A stretch of DNA of 64,000 nt from a virus, in IMG/VR virus record IMGVR_UViG_3300029319_000017, positions 1-64,000 of that record. One strand, written 5' to 3'. A program made the position numbers and the translations under genes. The notes under the pieces are model-generated. The model made no database searches. It worked only from the letters and a program-made list of their open reading frames with translations, and had not been told where the DNA came from. Below are positions 31,601 to 39,131 of the stretch, piece after piece (the stretch's first letter is position 1; each line of letters begins with the position of its first letter).

Positions 31601-34600
31601 TAAGTTTTTTGTCGTCTTTTTTAGCATTAGCAGGATCTTCTTTAAGAGCTTCATATCTAGTTTGTACTATACGCAATAAGTTTATAACGTTTTGTGCTTC
31701 TTTTGGATTTAATGTTCTAAGATGTAAAGGCGCTAAATTACCTGCAGAAGTTACAGTAAATGCCATACCTGCAAATGGTACTCTATATGTTATACCTGAA
31801 GGTGTTGTTATCTCAGAGTATACTTTACCTCTGTCTTCTAAGTTTTTAGTAGTAAGTTGTATAACAACATCCTTTGTACCCTTTTTACCTCTAGAACCTA
31901 TTACTCTGCCCTTAATTGGGGACAATACTTTTTGACCATTAACTGTATTTATTACATTAGGAAGACCTGCACTCATACCTTTAATGTCTAAGAGTATAGG
32001 AGTTTTAGATTTTAATATTACATCTCTATCTGACTTATATTCATTTAATGCATTTTCTACATTTATACCAGCGCTGTTAGTAAATCTATTAACGTTATTT
32101 TTATCTTTTAAGGTAGCACCCATCATAGATGTATACACTATATAAGATTTTTCTCCTTGCTTAGGAGTATTACCCTTTGCATTTACTCTAACAGGTTTAC
32201 CTGTATTGTCTACTAAAACTAATTTAATGTCTGTAGTATTAGGATCTACATGGCTATAATCCATGAACTTACCTTGGTCGTTATTAAAAAATACACCTTT
32301 TAAATCTTTTTCTAGATCTTGGGGTATGTTGTTACTATGCACAGCCATTAGTTTGTTTTTCTTCATATTAACAAACTTAGATGTAGCTTGGAACCATATT
32401 AACTGATCTCTATATGCTCTAAATTGATTTTGTTCACCAAGAGTAAGATCTTCTCGCATTGTAGGCTCTTGGTTTTCATCTAAAATTATATTACCCTTAC
32501 CATCTACTATAGATAATTTTTTTAATGTATCCATAGCTGTTTTTTGATCCCCAGCTGTTTTATAAAATCCAGGTCCTGCAATGTCAGGTTTAAATAAAAA
32601 TGGATTATTTTTTGCCATGTCATCTGCTTGCATGTCGTAGTTTCTACCTGAAGGCGGAGGATTGTTAGGTTTGTTAGGAGATGTACTACTTGTGCTTGTA
32701 GGAGCTATTACTCTAGCTTCAATCTGAGCTAGTTTAGCAAGTATTTCATCTACAGCATTCATATACTCTATTGCATTAAGCATCATATCTAAGTTTATAA
32801 ATTGCTGATCTATATCACCGTCCTCCCTTTGTATTTTATACTCGCTTATAATACCGTTTAACTCATCTATCTCTTCGTTAGTGGCTTTTAAATGTTTTTC
32901 TAATAATCTAGATTCTGTAAATGTTTTTTCAACTTTATCTAGTTTTTCAAAAAACTGTTCTATATCTTGGAATATATCTGGATTATTTTTTCTAAATTGT
33001 TTAAACTGTCTATAAGTAGGTAAACCTTCTACACCTTCCATTTCCATGTCAAGCATATCTTGGTCCATACCTCTAAGCCTAGTTCCTTGTAGGTTATAGT
33101 TTTTAGCAGCAGTGCCTGTTATATAAGTAAGTTGCTGTCTTAGTTTATCTCCTTTAAACTCATAATTATCAGGTATTTGACCTGTTTCTTTCATTAGTGC
33201 TTCTCGTTGCTCTACCTGTTGTACATAGGCCTCTATTTCTCTAATAACTTCTTGGTATAAATCATCAAAGTTTTGTGCATTAGATTGATCTAAACCGCTG
33301 TTTTTAAGCTCTCTAATACGATCAAATATCATTTTTTCTAAAACATCTTTATGACCTTTTAGCTCATCTAATTTTAGATTTATAAGTTCAATATTTTTGT
33401 TTGTAGTTCCTGCCCATTCATTTATAGAAGTCTTAAGATCATTTGCTATTTCTGCAACAGCATCTCTATCTTCTCTAGTAGTAATAATTGGAGCATTTCT
33501 AATTTTTTGAGCTTCTTCTCTTAGTAATTCTTGCTCAAGTTGTAAAGCTTCTAAATTACTATTTCTAATATCACTGTCTTCTTCTCTATTAAGAACATCT
33601 ATTTGTTCTTGTAATCTAAATAATTCATTGTCTATTTCTCCAAGCCTTTCAAATCTATCTATTTGGTCTATAGGTATTCCCTGCTCTATTGCTCCAAGTA
33701 TAAGCGCTTCGTTTTCAGCTGCATATCTTTCAGTAAATTGACCTTGTTTATTTACATTAAACGATTTATTTAAATCTACACTAAACTCTCTTGTTTTAGG
33801 ATTGTAGTGTAATGATACAAGTTCTTCTAGATAATCTATTTGATCTAGTATCATTTTTTGTTCTTTCCTTAGTTCTTCTATAAGGGCTTCTCCAGTATTT
33901 ATCTGATCTTCAAGTTTTGCAAGAGCTTCTGTTACCTTTTTAACATTTATAAACTTGCCTTTGTTTCTACCAGTTTTAACTTGATTCTCTAAACCCGACT
34001 CTTCTATTTCTATCATTAAATCTAGAATTTCTTTTTCTAGTTCTCCAATGTCTTTAGCAAGTTTTTCTACCCTAGTTCCCTTTTCTCTTTTTAATTCATC
34101 AATAGCATCTAATAATTTTTTAGCTCTAGCCTGTTTATCAGTGACTATATTTTCATCTCTACCTCCTAAGTTTTTAAGTATAGAAGAATCTACTACATTA
34201 GTTGTACCTTCTTCTAATAAATTACCGCTAGAGTCAAACCTATACCATTTATCACCTACTCTAAATTTAGCTTTAGTTCCAAATTCTTCAAACAGTTTTT
34301 GTGCTTCAGGATCATCTATATTATTTTTTGCAGTTTCACTTTCTACATCATCAACATATTTTTCTATTTCTTGTACAATCCTTAAACTTGTTTTATCTGG
34401 ATTAGATCTTGCCATGTTATAGTCAGCAATAAATTGCTGTCTTCTAGCTCTTACATGCTTTAAATCTTTAAATAATTGTACAATTTGTTCTATTTTATCT
34501 GCAGCTTTAGGATCTGTATTTATTAAATCTTTAAGTTGTGCTTCTAAAAATGCACGTAATGCTTGATCTTCTTTCATATCTAAAAATAGAGTAGCATCTC

Positions 34601-37025
34601 TATTTGTGCCTGCACTTAACCCTAAAAATTGTTTTGTAGATTCTAATTGATTTTCTAAAAACGATCTGTACTCTTGTACATCTTTAACTACATTTTTTAA
34701 CTGCTCAGGCACAACTAATTCAGAATCTTTTTTATCTAATAATTTTTGTACTTCTTCTAAATATTTTTTTGCACGTTCTTTACTAAATGCTCCTACAGTA
34801 AAACTTTGTTCATTTCCTTCTGAGTCAACATAAGTAATTGTTCTTGCTGCGCCTCTATTTTTAGAATCACCTTCAGTAACTTTACCTCCAGTTAACTTAG
34901 CTAAAAGCTCTGTCATAGACTTTTCTCTTTCAGATAATAGATCAATAGATGCTAATCTATGGGCCATTCTTTCTCTTAGACCCATTATTTTATCATTTGT
35001 CCACTTTTGATTGTCAGTTAGTTTTAAAACTGCATCTACATCTTTAAAAGCTTGTTGTATTTTATTTGCCCTTCTTATAGCAGAGTCTGCCATTTTATTT
35101 TTTCTAGCTTGTATTTCTTCAGGACTGTTAAAATCACTTTCTTGGTATCCAAAATACTCTATAAATTCTGCATCTGACATTTCTCTAATAGCATCTGCTT
35201 CAGATTTTATATCAGCAAATTGACCTGTCATTACTTTAGCTTTTACATAAGCAAAGAATTTGTCATTTTGTAAATTTTTATATTCAGCGATATTACCATC
35301 TGCTAAATGTTTATCCATTAAAGCTTGCAACTCTTGTTGCTCTGTATAAAAATCTGCATATGATTTTATACTAGTTAAAATATCTCTTCCATGTTTATTA
35401 TAATAATCTGCAGCTACATCTTGAAAAGCCTCATTCATTCTTACCTCATTTAACCTTGCACCTGCTGCAGTCCAAGAACCATTATTAAATGTTCCCCCTG
35501 GTAATCCTAACATACCTAACATAAATCCTAACATAACTTCTGTTTGTCCATTAGGATCTTTAAATGTTTTTATGTAACCTCTATTAAAAGAGTCTATTAA
35601 ACTAGCAGTACCTTCTTTACCCATTATGCCGTGTTTAGCTAATGTATATTCGTAAGCAGCTTCAGATAAAACAGACTGTCCACCTTCTTCTATATAACCT
35701 TCGTATAAAGCTGGTGCTCCCACGGCTTTAATTCTGCTTGCTGCCTTATTAATACGTATTGCATTTTTTTCACTAATCCCTAATAGTTTACTAGCTCTGT
35801 TAGCTGTATAGGCAGCTTTTGCAGTTCCATCTGCAGCCATTACTGTAGGTCTAGATGCAAGTCCAAGTTTACCCATTGCATTTTGATATCCTTGTTTTAA
35901 AGCTGCTCCTGGACCATATAAAGAGCCTAACATTATCATATTACTTACACCTACTAAAGCAACATTACCTGCAAATACAACATTTGCTTGGGCTCTAGCT
36001 TTATTTTCTATATCTAATTTTTCTTCTAGTGTTAACTCTCTAGCCTTACCTTCCTTTTTTTCTATCTGTCTTAAGTAATTAGTAGTTAACGTTTCTTTCA
36101 TGTGCTCATAAGCCTGTCTAGATTCAACACCAGCCTCAAATCCTGCACCTGTAATTAACTGTCTTCCCATTGTAGTAGCTTCCCAGAATTTGTCAGACTT
36201 TATACCATTTTTAATTGCTTTTGTTATTTTAGTTGCATCTGCTGCCCTGTCTAAATATCTAGCTCCTCTACCAGCTGTTTTTAAAAGACGAGCAGCTCTA
36301 CTAGCTAAAGCTGCAGTATACGCAGCTTGGACTGGACCTGTAGCACCAAATGTATATGCAGTTGCAGCACTTAATGCCATTTCTGTTAATGCAGCTCCTG
36401 CAACAAAACTTAAACCGTTTGTAAATTGATCTGACCAAAAGTTTGCTGTTCCTAATCTTTGCCATACACTCATTTCTCTTTCATAATTAGTGTAGTAATT
36501 AGGAAGCTTTCCATCCATATACTCATTAGCATCGTCTAAAGCATGCATAATAGAGTTATCCCATATTTTAGATACTGACCCATTTAGAATAGCAGATCCT
36601 GCACCGTATACTGTACCAATTGCACCACCAAGCACATTCGTACCAACTTTACCTACAGCTTTTGTAAGACCGTTTGCCCATTTATCAATAGTTCTTTGTC
36701 TTTGACCCCTAACTTCATTCATATCGTAGGTGTCTTCTAATCTTAATGGTGCATAAGAATCTTCTTTTTTCTCAAAAACTCCTGTATTTCCTATAAATTG
36801 TACATTAGGTGTTTTTTGAAAAGGAGCAAGTAGTATACCCTGATTTGTAGGAGTGTATTTTTCTTGATTTTCAAGTTCTGGAATTTCTTCAATAGAAGTT
36901 TGCTCAGGTTTTTCTGTTTGATCTTTTGTCTGATTCTCAGTTTGATTTTCAATGTTTTGATCTTCTTCAATAATAGGAAGATTATCTATCTTTTCTTTTT
37001 CTAAATTTTTTAAGTCTTCTAACAT
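22665..37025 (-). CDS. giant virion-associated RNA polymerase (crAss-type) with zincin domain
   Basis: 4786 aa; FRIPT....S...(P)...AGSDFDIDKL beta'-like catalytic motif at ~25935-25961; beta-like ADA..KP..K.S region at ~27090-27310; HEGFH...EE.LAE.FR zincin at ~30030-30206. Confidence 0.93.
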   Translation of the reverse strand: MLEDLKNLEKEKIDNLPIIEEDQNIENQTENQTKDQTEKPEQTSIEEIPELENQEKYTPTNQGILLAPFQKTPNVQFIGNTGVFEKKEDSYAPLRLEDTYDMNEVRGQRQRTIDKWANGLTKAVGKVGTNVLGGAIGTVYGAGSAILNGSVSKIWDNSIMHALDDANEYMDGKLPNYYTNYEREMSVWQRLGTANFWSDQFTNGLSFVAGAALTEMALSAATAYTFGATGPVQAAYTAALASRAARLLKTAGRGARYLDRAADATKITKAIKNGIKSDKFWEATTMGRQLITGAGFEAGVESRQAYEHMKETLTTNYLRQIEKKEGKARELTLEEKLDIENKARAQANVVFAGNVALVGVSNMIMLGSLYGPGAALKQGYQNAMGKLGLASRPTVMAADGTAKAAYTANRASKLLGISEKNAIRINKAASRIKAVGAPALYEGYIEEGGQSVLSEAAYEYTLAKHGIMGKEGTASLIDSFNRGYIKTFKDPNGQTEVMLGFMLGMLGLPGGTFNNGSWTAAGARLNEVRMNEAFQDVAADYYNKHGRDILTSIKSYADFYTEQQELQALMDKHLADGNIAEYKNLQNDKFFAYVKAKVMTGQFADIKSEADAIREMSDAEFIEYFGYQESDFNSPEEIQARKNKMADSAIRRANKIQQAFKDVDAVLKLTDNQKWTNDKIMGLRERMAHRLASIDLLSEREKSMTELLAKLTGGKVTEGDSKNRGAARTITYVDSEGNEQSFTVGAFSKERAKKYLEEVQKLLDKKDSELVVPEQLKNVVKDVQEYRSFLENQLESTKQFLGLSAGTNRDATLFLDMKEDQALRAFLEAQLKDLINTDPKAADKIEQIVQLFKDLKHVRARRQQFIADYNMARSNPDKTSLRIVQEIEKYVDDVESETAKNNIDDPEAQKLFEEFGTKAKFRVGDKWYRFDSSGNLLEEGTTNVVDSSILKNLGGRDENIVTDKQARAKKLLDAIDELKREKGTRVEKLAKDIGELEKEILDLMIEIEESGLENQVKTGRNKGKFINVKKVTEALAKLEDQINTGEALIEELRKEQKMILDQIDYLEELVSLHYNPKTREFSVDLNKSFNVNKQGQFTERYAAENEALILGAIEQGIPIDQIDRFERLGEIDNELFRLQEQIDVLNREEDSDIRNSNLEALQLEQELLREEAQKIRNAPIITTREDRDAVAEIANDLKTSINEWAGTTNKNIELINLKLDELKGHKDVLEKMIFDRIRELKNSGLDQSNAQNFDDLYQEVIREIEAYVQQVEQREALMKETGQIPDNYEFKGDKLRQQLTYITGTAAKNYNLQGTRLRGMDQDMLDMEMEGVEGLPTYRQFKQFRKNNPDIFQDIEQFFEKLDKVEKTFTESRLLEKHLKATNEEIDELNGIISEYKIQREDGDIDQQFINLDMMLNAIEYMNAVDEILAKLAQIEARVIAPTSTSSTSPNKPNNPPPSGRNYDMQADDMAKNNPFLFKPDIAGPGFYKTAGDQKTAMDTLKKLSIVDGKGNIILDENQEPTMREDLTLGEQNQFRAYRDQLIWFQATSKFVNMKKNKLMAVHSNNIPQDLEKDLKGVFFNNDQGKFMDYSHVDPNTTDIKLVLVDNTGKPVRVNAKGNTPKQGEKSYIVYTSMMGATLKDKNNVNRFTNSAGINVENALNEYKSDRDVILKSKTPILLDIKGMSAGLPNVINTVNGQKVLSPIKGRVIGSRGKKGTKDVVIQLTTKNLEDRGKVYSEITTPSGITYRVPFAGMAFTVTSAGNLAPLHLRTLNPKEAQNVINLLRIVQTRYEALKEDPANAKKDDKKLRQEAALLDVDGKKVFVFQKLKDMLYYGSGTEGQLAEDGVTRVDFFDTGKGYQMGDQFISYQDILDNNTSKLNDFLLNKLVNVNIKSLRNKNGKPSSTTPFYMPFYKETGVNTFELDDSVRFKWDNYEQYLLEAREDAAFAPPLQTNLPLMNNLSYITPQYKFRYLKFDIPGRDSRSGRVYQGEADPQAPENVVYTDIQKQEIKRYEKMLNDAKAGRPIEVEIMEGFKQAVDSKYAANLDNAEGFMLYNGDPKNISDQEYIDQLLEYLEEYKNTSRANSFRDFAFNKFKGRTEENNAAIVQGTTEQEVKENQTEVENEVEKRIEQNEKNIKKAEEAITGPPVQDFSDIPVQEDKEVSDVLGSPAEDNSIQDEIDKANEEKKDELFDDEEINLVVEQVYSGEQILDLAVEESKGVTQEEIDTINKMLPWNKVEFVAGFIKSKTPNVIGQVKGFGRTVVSELAVGGTTYHEGFHQVSYFLLNDKTRKQMYDEVRNNKGSFKDYKGKMVKFSNATDKQAEEYLAEEFRKWILSNETYKKDVYSKPKGFFARLFDRLRNFFRAMFGLDAQLQVDPNMQTVATIFNKIKAGEFADIKAPTETRNVEEVNMALLENDGNVTSARFSMDMMSTFTKHFGKTMFDDPNLKLTLSELEMLSNPNRYDEYNNKLVKIYKTAFSRMYDELGSKIKIYTDLASNTNDTALKDKYNLLAQRAAKARLFLNGGRVKTTRDGNIKSFQEVHRQFLLSIGIDTSLKVEKEENLKNGQSDPFNILESMQFSATGNSHPYIKLLLGTLANETTINITGTTGIVDSNYAMNFIQDRLSGITDPNKQIEKLKQLSDKHVWIKPLVKRLGELDDNSSFDQMKLSNMFAQQMNKTKNTFDSFVLDTEGNFYSVDPNANQLKNIIITPWRNNLKNSNVKDVDGRLLVSVQDGELKINLDYKPKIGKIRNKSLKQINQTGVLRSLVLDDPNTVLELFENFGFEFADRAAILNNLDKTIDGKTIKQILRDSASWVLSELNKPDNTLGADLFSRETIDAQTRLGNLLKVEMLFNDKAVELKHFNAEGKPVYGITLNTYMSLISNKLNSGILPEHFKNNPYVANSLVLKAISADPNAKIEMHVIEGLRIDRAGDQGLHTSHLTYEDRAAMYINSVLNGVIPILRTADAKTEYGVRFPIEQFTDPVDVREQLLGYFVDELTTAVNFNTKGLGKDIKDYNRKGGGLRVFKQIVESRLQPSEMIDLTNVLQGHMPINEFMGKNKSVIQSAIINYLNEEASKNKKLMLQTRILTKGKGNTFLNNGLDTQTVSNITGDKVGKQLTANQVDAIASAFALQNFIGNVEQLKLFFGDVAQYKDLYKRTKLASGTKKFPRVDDRMNSWLNNNEPEVSEEVKENYGEHNKSYNGQANIMIYADPVSESVYWREYAEYLGEDISNLYRNIEEADANAFANIHFYRELMMRIGDWTEQQENLFRKSMLGKELTKEELTAFPTLKPQGFGPAISELKQMVGLKLSLTPIFPQMTRINGQDTALKGLLKDMYESGTDMVMHPTAAKIGSRVDLVTGNAPQFYNEDGTINPIDSDLHTVIDLSYFGIQVDINKEFKGKVTLGTQSRTHILANLYEGGMPADYTGDIASWEKMTPEQKKKASSVHKDASDYLDAVNEITRRSRENLLKRFNLEKVVDSKGEVSYKLTGGNIQKFADMIRDEIAKRNYPENVAAGIESLLNQPDGDKKVFDIIVNKGRLENLLFSLVGNNSITQKVKGENAVQVSSLGSENTVRIVRQGKVESSGRNGLKFYRKKDPNNPNSETLGMEVYLPHYFKEFLGEGLQVRPDGVYNQRGQKVGDSNLLQLIGFRIPTDGLHSIDFMTIKGFLPPQSGAQVMVPSELVVKAGSDFDIDKLTLYMPSYTVKDGKITKREFINADTNTKEGIKQYYDALYGPFNRFWDKFSKDLVNARAQEMGSTEAAVENLLLAIFRDNPNVAGDQLYDYSDAEIEVLFSRFKKLANNPDKDRADRVEDVVAEFKKLEKKANKIPSLDEFFIENKGKNPVELNHMGAVQNRMIDLKTKILSTPRSYTQLLNPIGTRVILDIRSELGIAERQVSDAELISYPHIFNITKDFQSGKNGLGIAATNATHIVKSQQAGLYLRPNVTIEGVKEFSNIGINIEGFSGLTGSAIRLDRIYDIKGEHRITEIASELLNVFADASEDPIVADLNLVPEVGNALMFLLRSGVPVREAVFFINQPIIKEYISRLNANSSKINMVKNNPQSKATIFNAVLGYYAPTKKGSRRTPKLFSAENLKEMSTKTRTEIIEQGLGEDQLQVLEDFVLYDAVGGELTGLTLATSFDTAIPKSRNHAKLLLNKFDDIKHRNVFGNIDNLIQRTHLNEFYLTHEAASKQFNSMFLTERAGPRAVGQLDAIFDIFSDPRLPLSEAARLTVLNEAENELIVAALLAENFDGVKLGNKAEQLFLGERSAAKRVTELQKLYPNNPFLQSLLPSVEKVRTGPLRGTDNIKLYSRILNNYEANSLRDAFLELPETDQNMLIDHAILQSGMSLNNMSYLHILPTEKFTERAVRIVSKLDPSNTDVVNFFDNFFRNNWHNSKIVPRLPRSKYKIKDNAVYPSIKNSDPTSKFPYVGISMDAVESKEADELKKKGLPVPKTLLLFKKSLSQSVESAYTQYEPVDRLGNGLNLKEYPTDPNQKSILDKNNLKYDQAKDVFSKQIITPLDITLNKFEEMQIKKGNAKTLTVPTGKLKSGKIYTLPGNIKVYVKLVDEIMYKGLDTAEELDNFARNEGYTSWDKMLPKIKSGKNKIPSSWLDTSKNQKMSVYEIVGVDKSNDSTLENDYNKAVTIEAQNPEYYMDKEGELIVEEQLRRDIKNQIENGVRKFKTKLLPGSGRIATEILMQEQVRLDKINQDLSLEIGVPGKNFVNDMNPEDRMRHGIILRQLRKRRNVTIKGTKAIADTKTNIRLNAKEISEQIEIDKKTTCK

Positions 37026-37039
37026 ATGTTTTTAGTTTA

Positions 37040-39130
37040 TTATCCTCCTGTTGGAACAGAATCAAAGCCAAGTAATCTTGAGCCTTGATATGCAGAATCA
37101 TATAATTCATCTAATTTATTAGGTTCTTGTTGAACTTTTTTACCAATTGCCTTGTTGTCTTTATCATAAAATACGTAAGTAACTACAGGATAAAATCCTT
37201 TTTGGTTTGTGTTGTTTCCGTTTGCATCTTTTAAAAAATCATACTCATATTCAATAGAAGCAACCGTTACTCCTCCATATTCATTTTGATAAGATTCTAC
37301 ATATTGTACAGGCTGGCCATTAGGACTGTTATATCCATTTGTAACATGTGTATATAAAGCATTTGCAACTTCAAATGCTTGTTTTACTTCATTTTGTGCT
37401 CCAATTTCTACTTGTACAGAACCATTTTCTGTATTAATTTGTACTACTCCTGATCCTGCTTGATGCCCTTGAGCCATCATACCAGCATAATAATAATCTC
37501 CATCTTTAATAGCCTTATATATATCTTGTTCACTTATACCTTTATGAACTTCAGCTAATCTTTCTACAGCATCTTTTAAACTATTAGTATAACTACCGTC
37601 TTGTTTTCTAACATGCACACTTCTGTTTGTAAGTAAAGAAGGTTTTACTTTAGGATCATTCATATTTTTTAAATGCTCGTTATCTCCTGTATATATTTTA
37701 GAAACTTGAGCTTGTGTATTTTCCATTTCTTTAGTTATATGCTCTAAAAATGCTTTATCACTATCAAAAGACTGTCTTACATCTGCATTTTCTATTAATA
37801 ATTTTGCTATATATTCATCTCTACCTGCAAATAATTGTGCTTCAGACATTAATTGAATATTACCTCCTGACTCTTGTACAAGATTATCATATCTCTCTAA
37901 CATATCTTCACCAGCTTGTTCTATACATTTTGGATCTCCATTACATTGATTTATAGCAAGTTCAAATTTACTATCTTTAAAATTATAATTACCATCTTCA
38001 TCAAAAATTCTTTTACCTGGTACTAACCAATCTACAAAACTTCCTAGACCAACACCAGCTAGTGTACCTAAAGGACCAAAAAACGAACCAATATTACCTC
38101 CTATTAAAGCACCTTCTAATATGCCATCATCTTCATAGTCTTTAAAGCTTCCATCGTCATTTTTTGCAAATAAACTACCAGGAGTTAAAAGTTTATTATT
38201 TTGTTGAACATTAGTAGTTGTAGTACCAACTAAACCTGGATTTTGTTGTTGTACATAATATGGATTTTTTTGATAGCTAAATGAACTTTTTCCAGCCTGT
38301 TTAGATGCAATAGCAAGCATTTGACTTTTAATTACTTCTTGAGCTTTTTCTGGAGTATATGTTTCACCTGTTTCAGGATCTATTTCTAACTGTGTTAACT
38401 TTCTCATTTGTTGTATACCCTCATCAGTTGATAAGTAAGTACCCATTAATCCATCAACAACACGTTGTACCTTACTATTACTAAGGTATGCACCTGTTCT
38501 TATTAGTGCTCCTATTTGTTTAATGCCTGTATCACTCATAGATATGTTAGCTACAAGATCAGCCATTTTTTCATCATAGCCAAGCATTTGTTCAAACTTA
38601 GGTTCGTATACACTTGTAACCATTTCTCCTGTTTCAGGATCTTGATAATGAGATCTATGCATGCTAGCAATTTCTTTAAGTATAGGCTGTCCATTTTCAT
38701 CTCTAACTAAATTACCTTCATTATCTCTTACAAATTCTTTGTCAAATAAAATTTGTGCTCCTTGAGCTCTTAACTGTGCTTTAGCTTTCTTTTCTAAATC
38801 ATAGTTAGCATAAGATTGTCTAGCAGCTATTAAACCTTCATTAGTCATAAAGTCTGTTGTAGCCTTAGATACTGTATTACCTGCAATTTCAAATGCTCCA
38901 CTAGCAGCAATATCAGAAAATTGACCGTTAATATTATTAATCATATCATCTTTTAAACCCTCATCACCTTCTAATACTTGCATAGAACCTACTGTTCTAT
39001 TAAGCATATCATAATTAAGTTTATTATCATCATATCTTTTCTTTAATATAGTTGCTACCTGCACTTTACCAGGATCAACATACATTGATTGATATGGTTT
39101 TAATTCGTATCTACTGTATCTATTTGCCAT
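37040..39130 (-). CDS. virion cargo/ejection protein
   Basis: 696 aa directly upstream of RNAP; N-terminal Y.S.YVD pattern; glycine-zipper segment GALIGGNIGSFFGPLGTLAGVGLG. Confidence 0.65.
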   Translation of the reverse strand: MANRYSRYELKPYQSMYVDPGKVQVATILKKRYDDNKLNYDMLNRTVGSMQVLEGDEGLKDDMINNINGQFSDIAASGAFEIAGNTVSKATTDFMTNEGLIAARQSYANYDLEKKAKAQLRAQGAQILFDKEFVRDNEGNLVRDENGQPILKEIASMHRSHYQDPETGEMVTSVYEPKFEQMLGYDEKMADLVANISMSDTGIKQIGALIRTGAYLSNSKVQRVVDGLMGTYLSTDEGIQQMRKLTQLEIDPETGETYTPEKAQEVIKSQMLAIASKQAGKSSFSYQKNPYYVQQQNPGLVGTTTTNVQQNNKLLTPGSLFAKNDDGSFKDYEDDGILEGALIGGNIGSFFGPLGTLAGVGLGSFVDWLVPGKRIFDEDGNYNFKDSKFELAINQCNGDPKCIEQAGEDMLERYDNLVQESGGNIQLMSEAQLFAGRDEYIAKLLIENADVRQSFDSDKAFLEHITKEMENTQAQVSKIYTGDNEHLKNMNDPKVKPSLLTNRSVHVRKQDGSYTNSLKDAVERLAEVHKGISEQDIYKAIKDGDYYYAGMMAQGHQAGSGVVQINTENGSVQVEIGAQNEVKQAFEVANALYTHVTNGYNSPNGQPVQYVESYQNEYGGVTVASIEYEYDFLKDANGNNTNQKGFYPVVTYVFYDKDNKAIGKKVQQEPNKLDELYDSAYQGSRLLGFDSVPTGG

Positions 39131-39131
39131 A

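Noticed and set aside
1792-37025. Inteins or group I/II introns in polA, dnaB, primase or RNAP
   Set aside because: Conserved motifs are at normal spacing; no C...HN splice junctions, LAGLIDADG/HNH inserts or frame breaks were seen.
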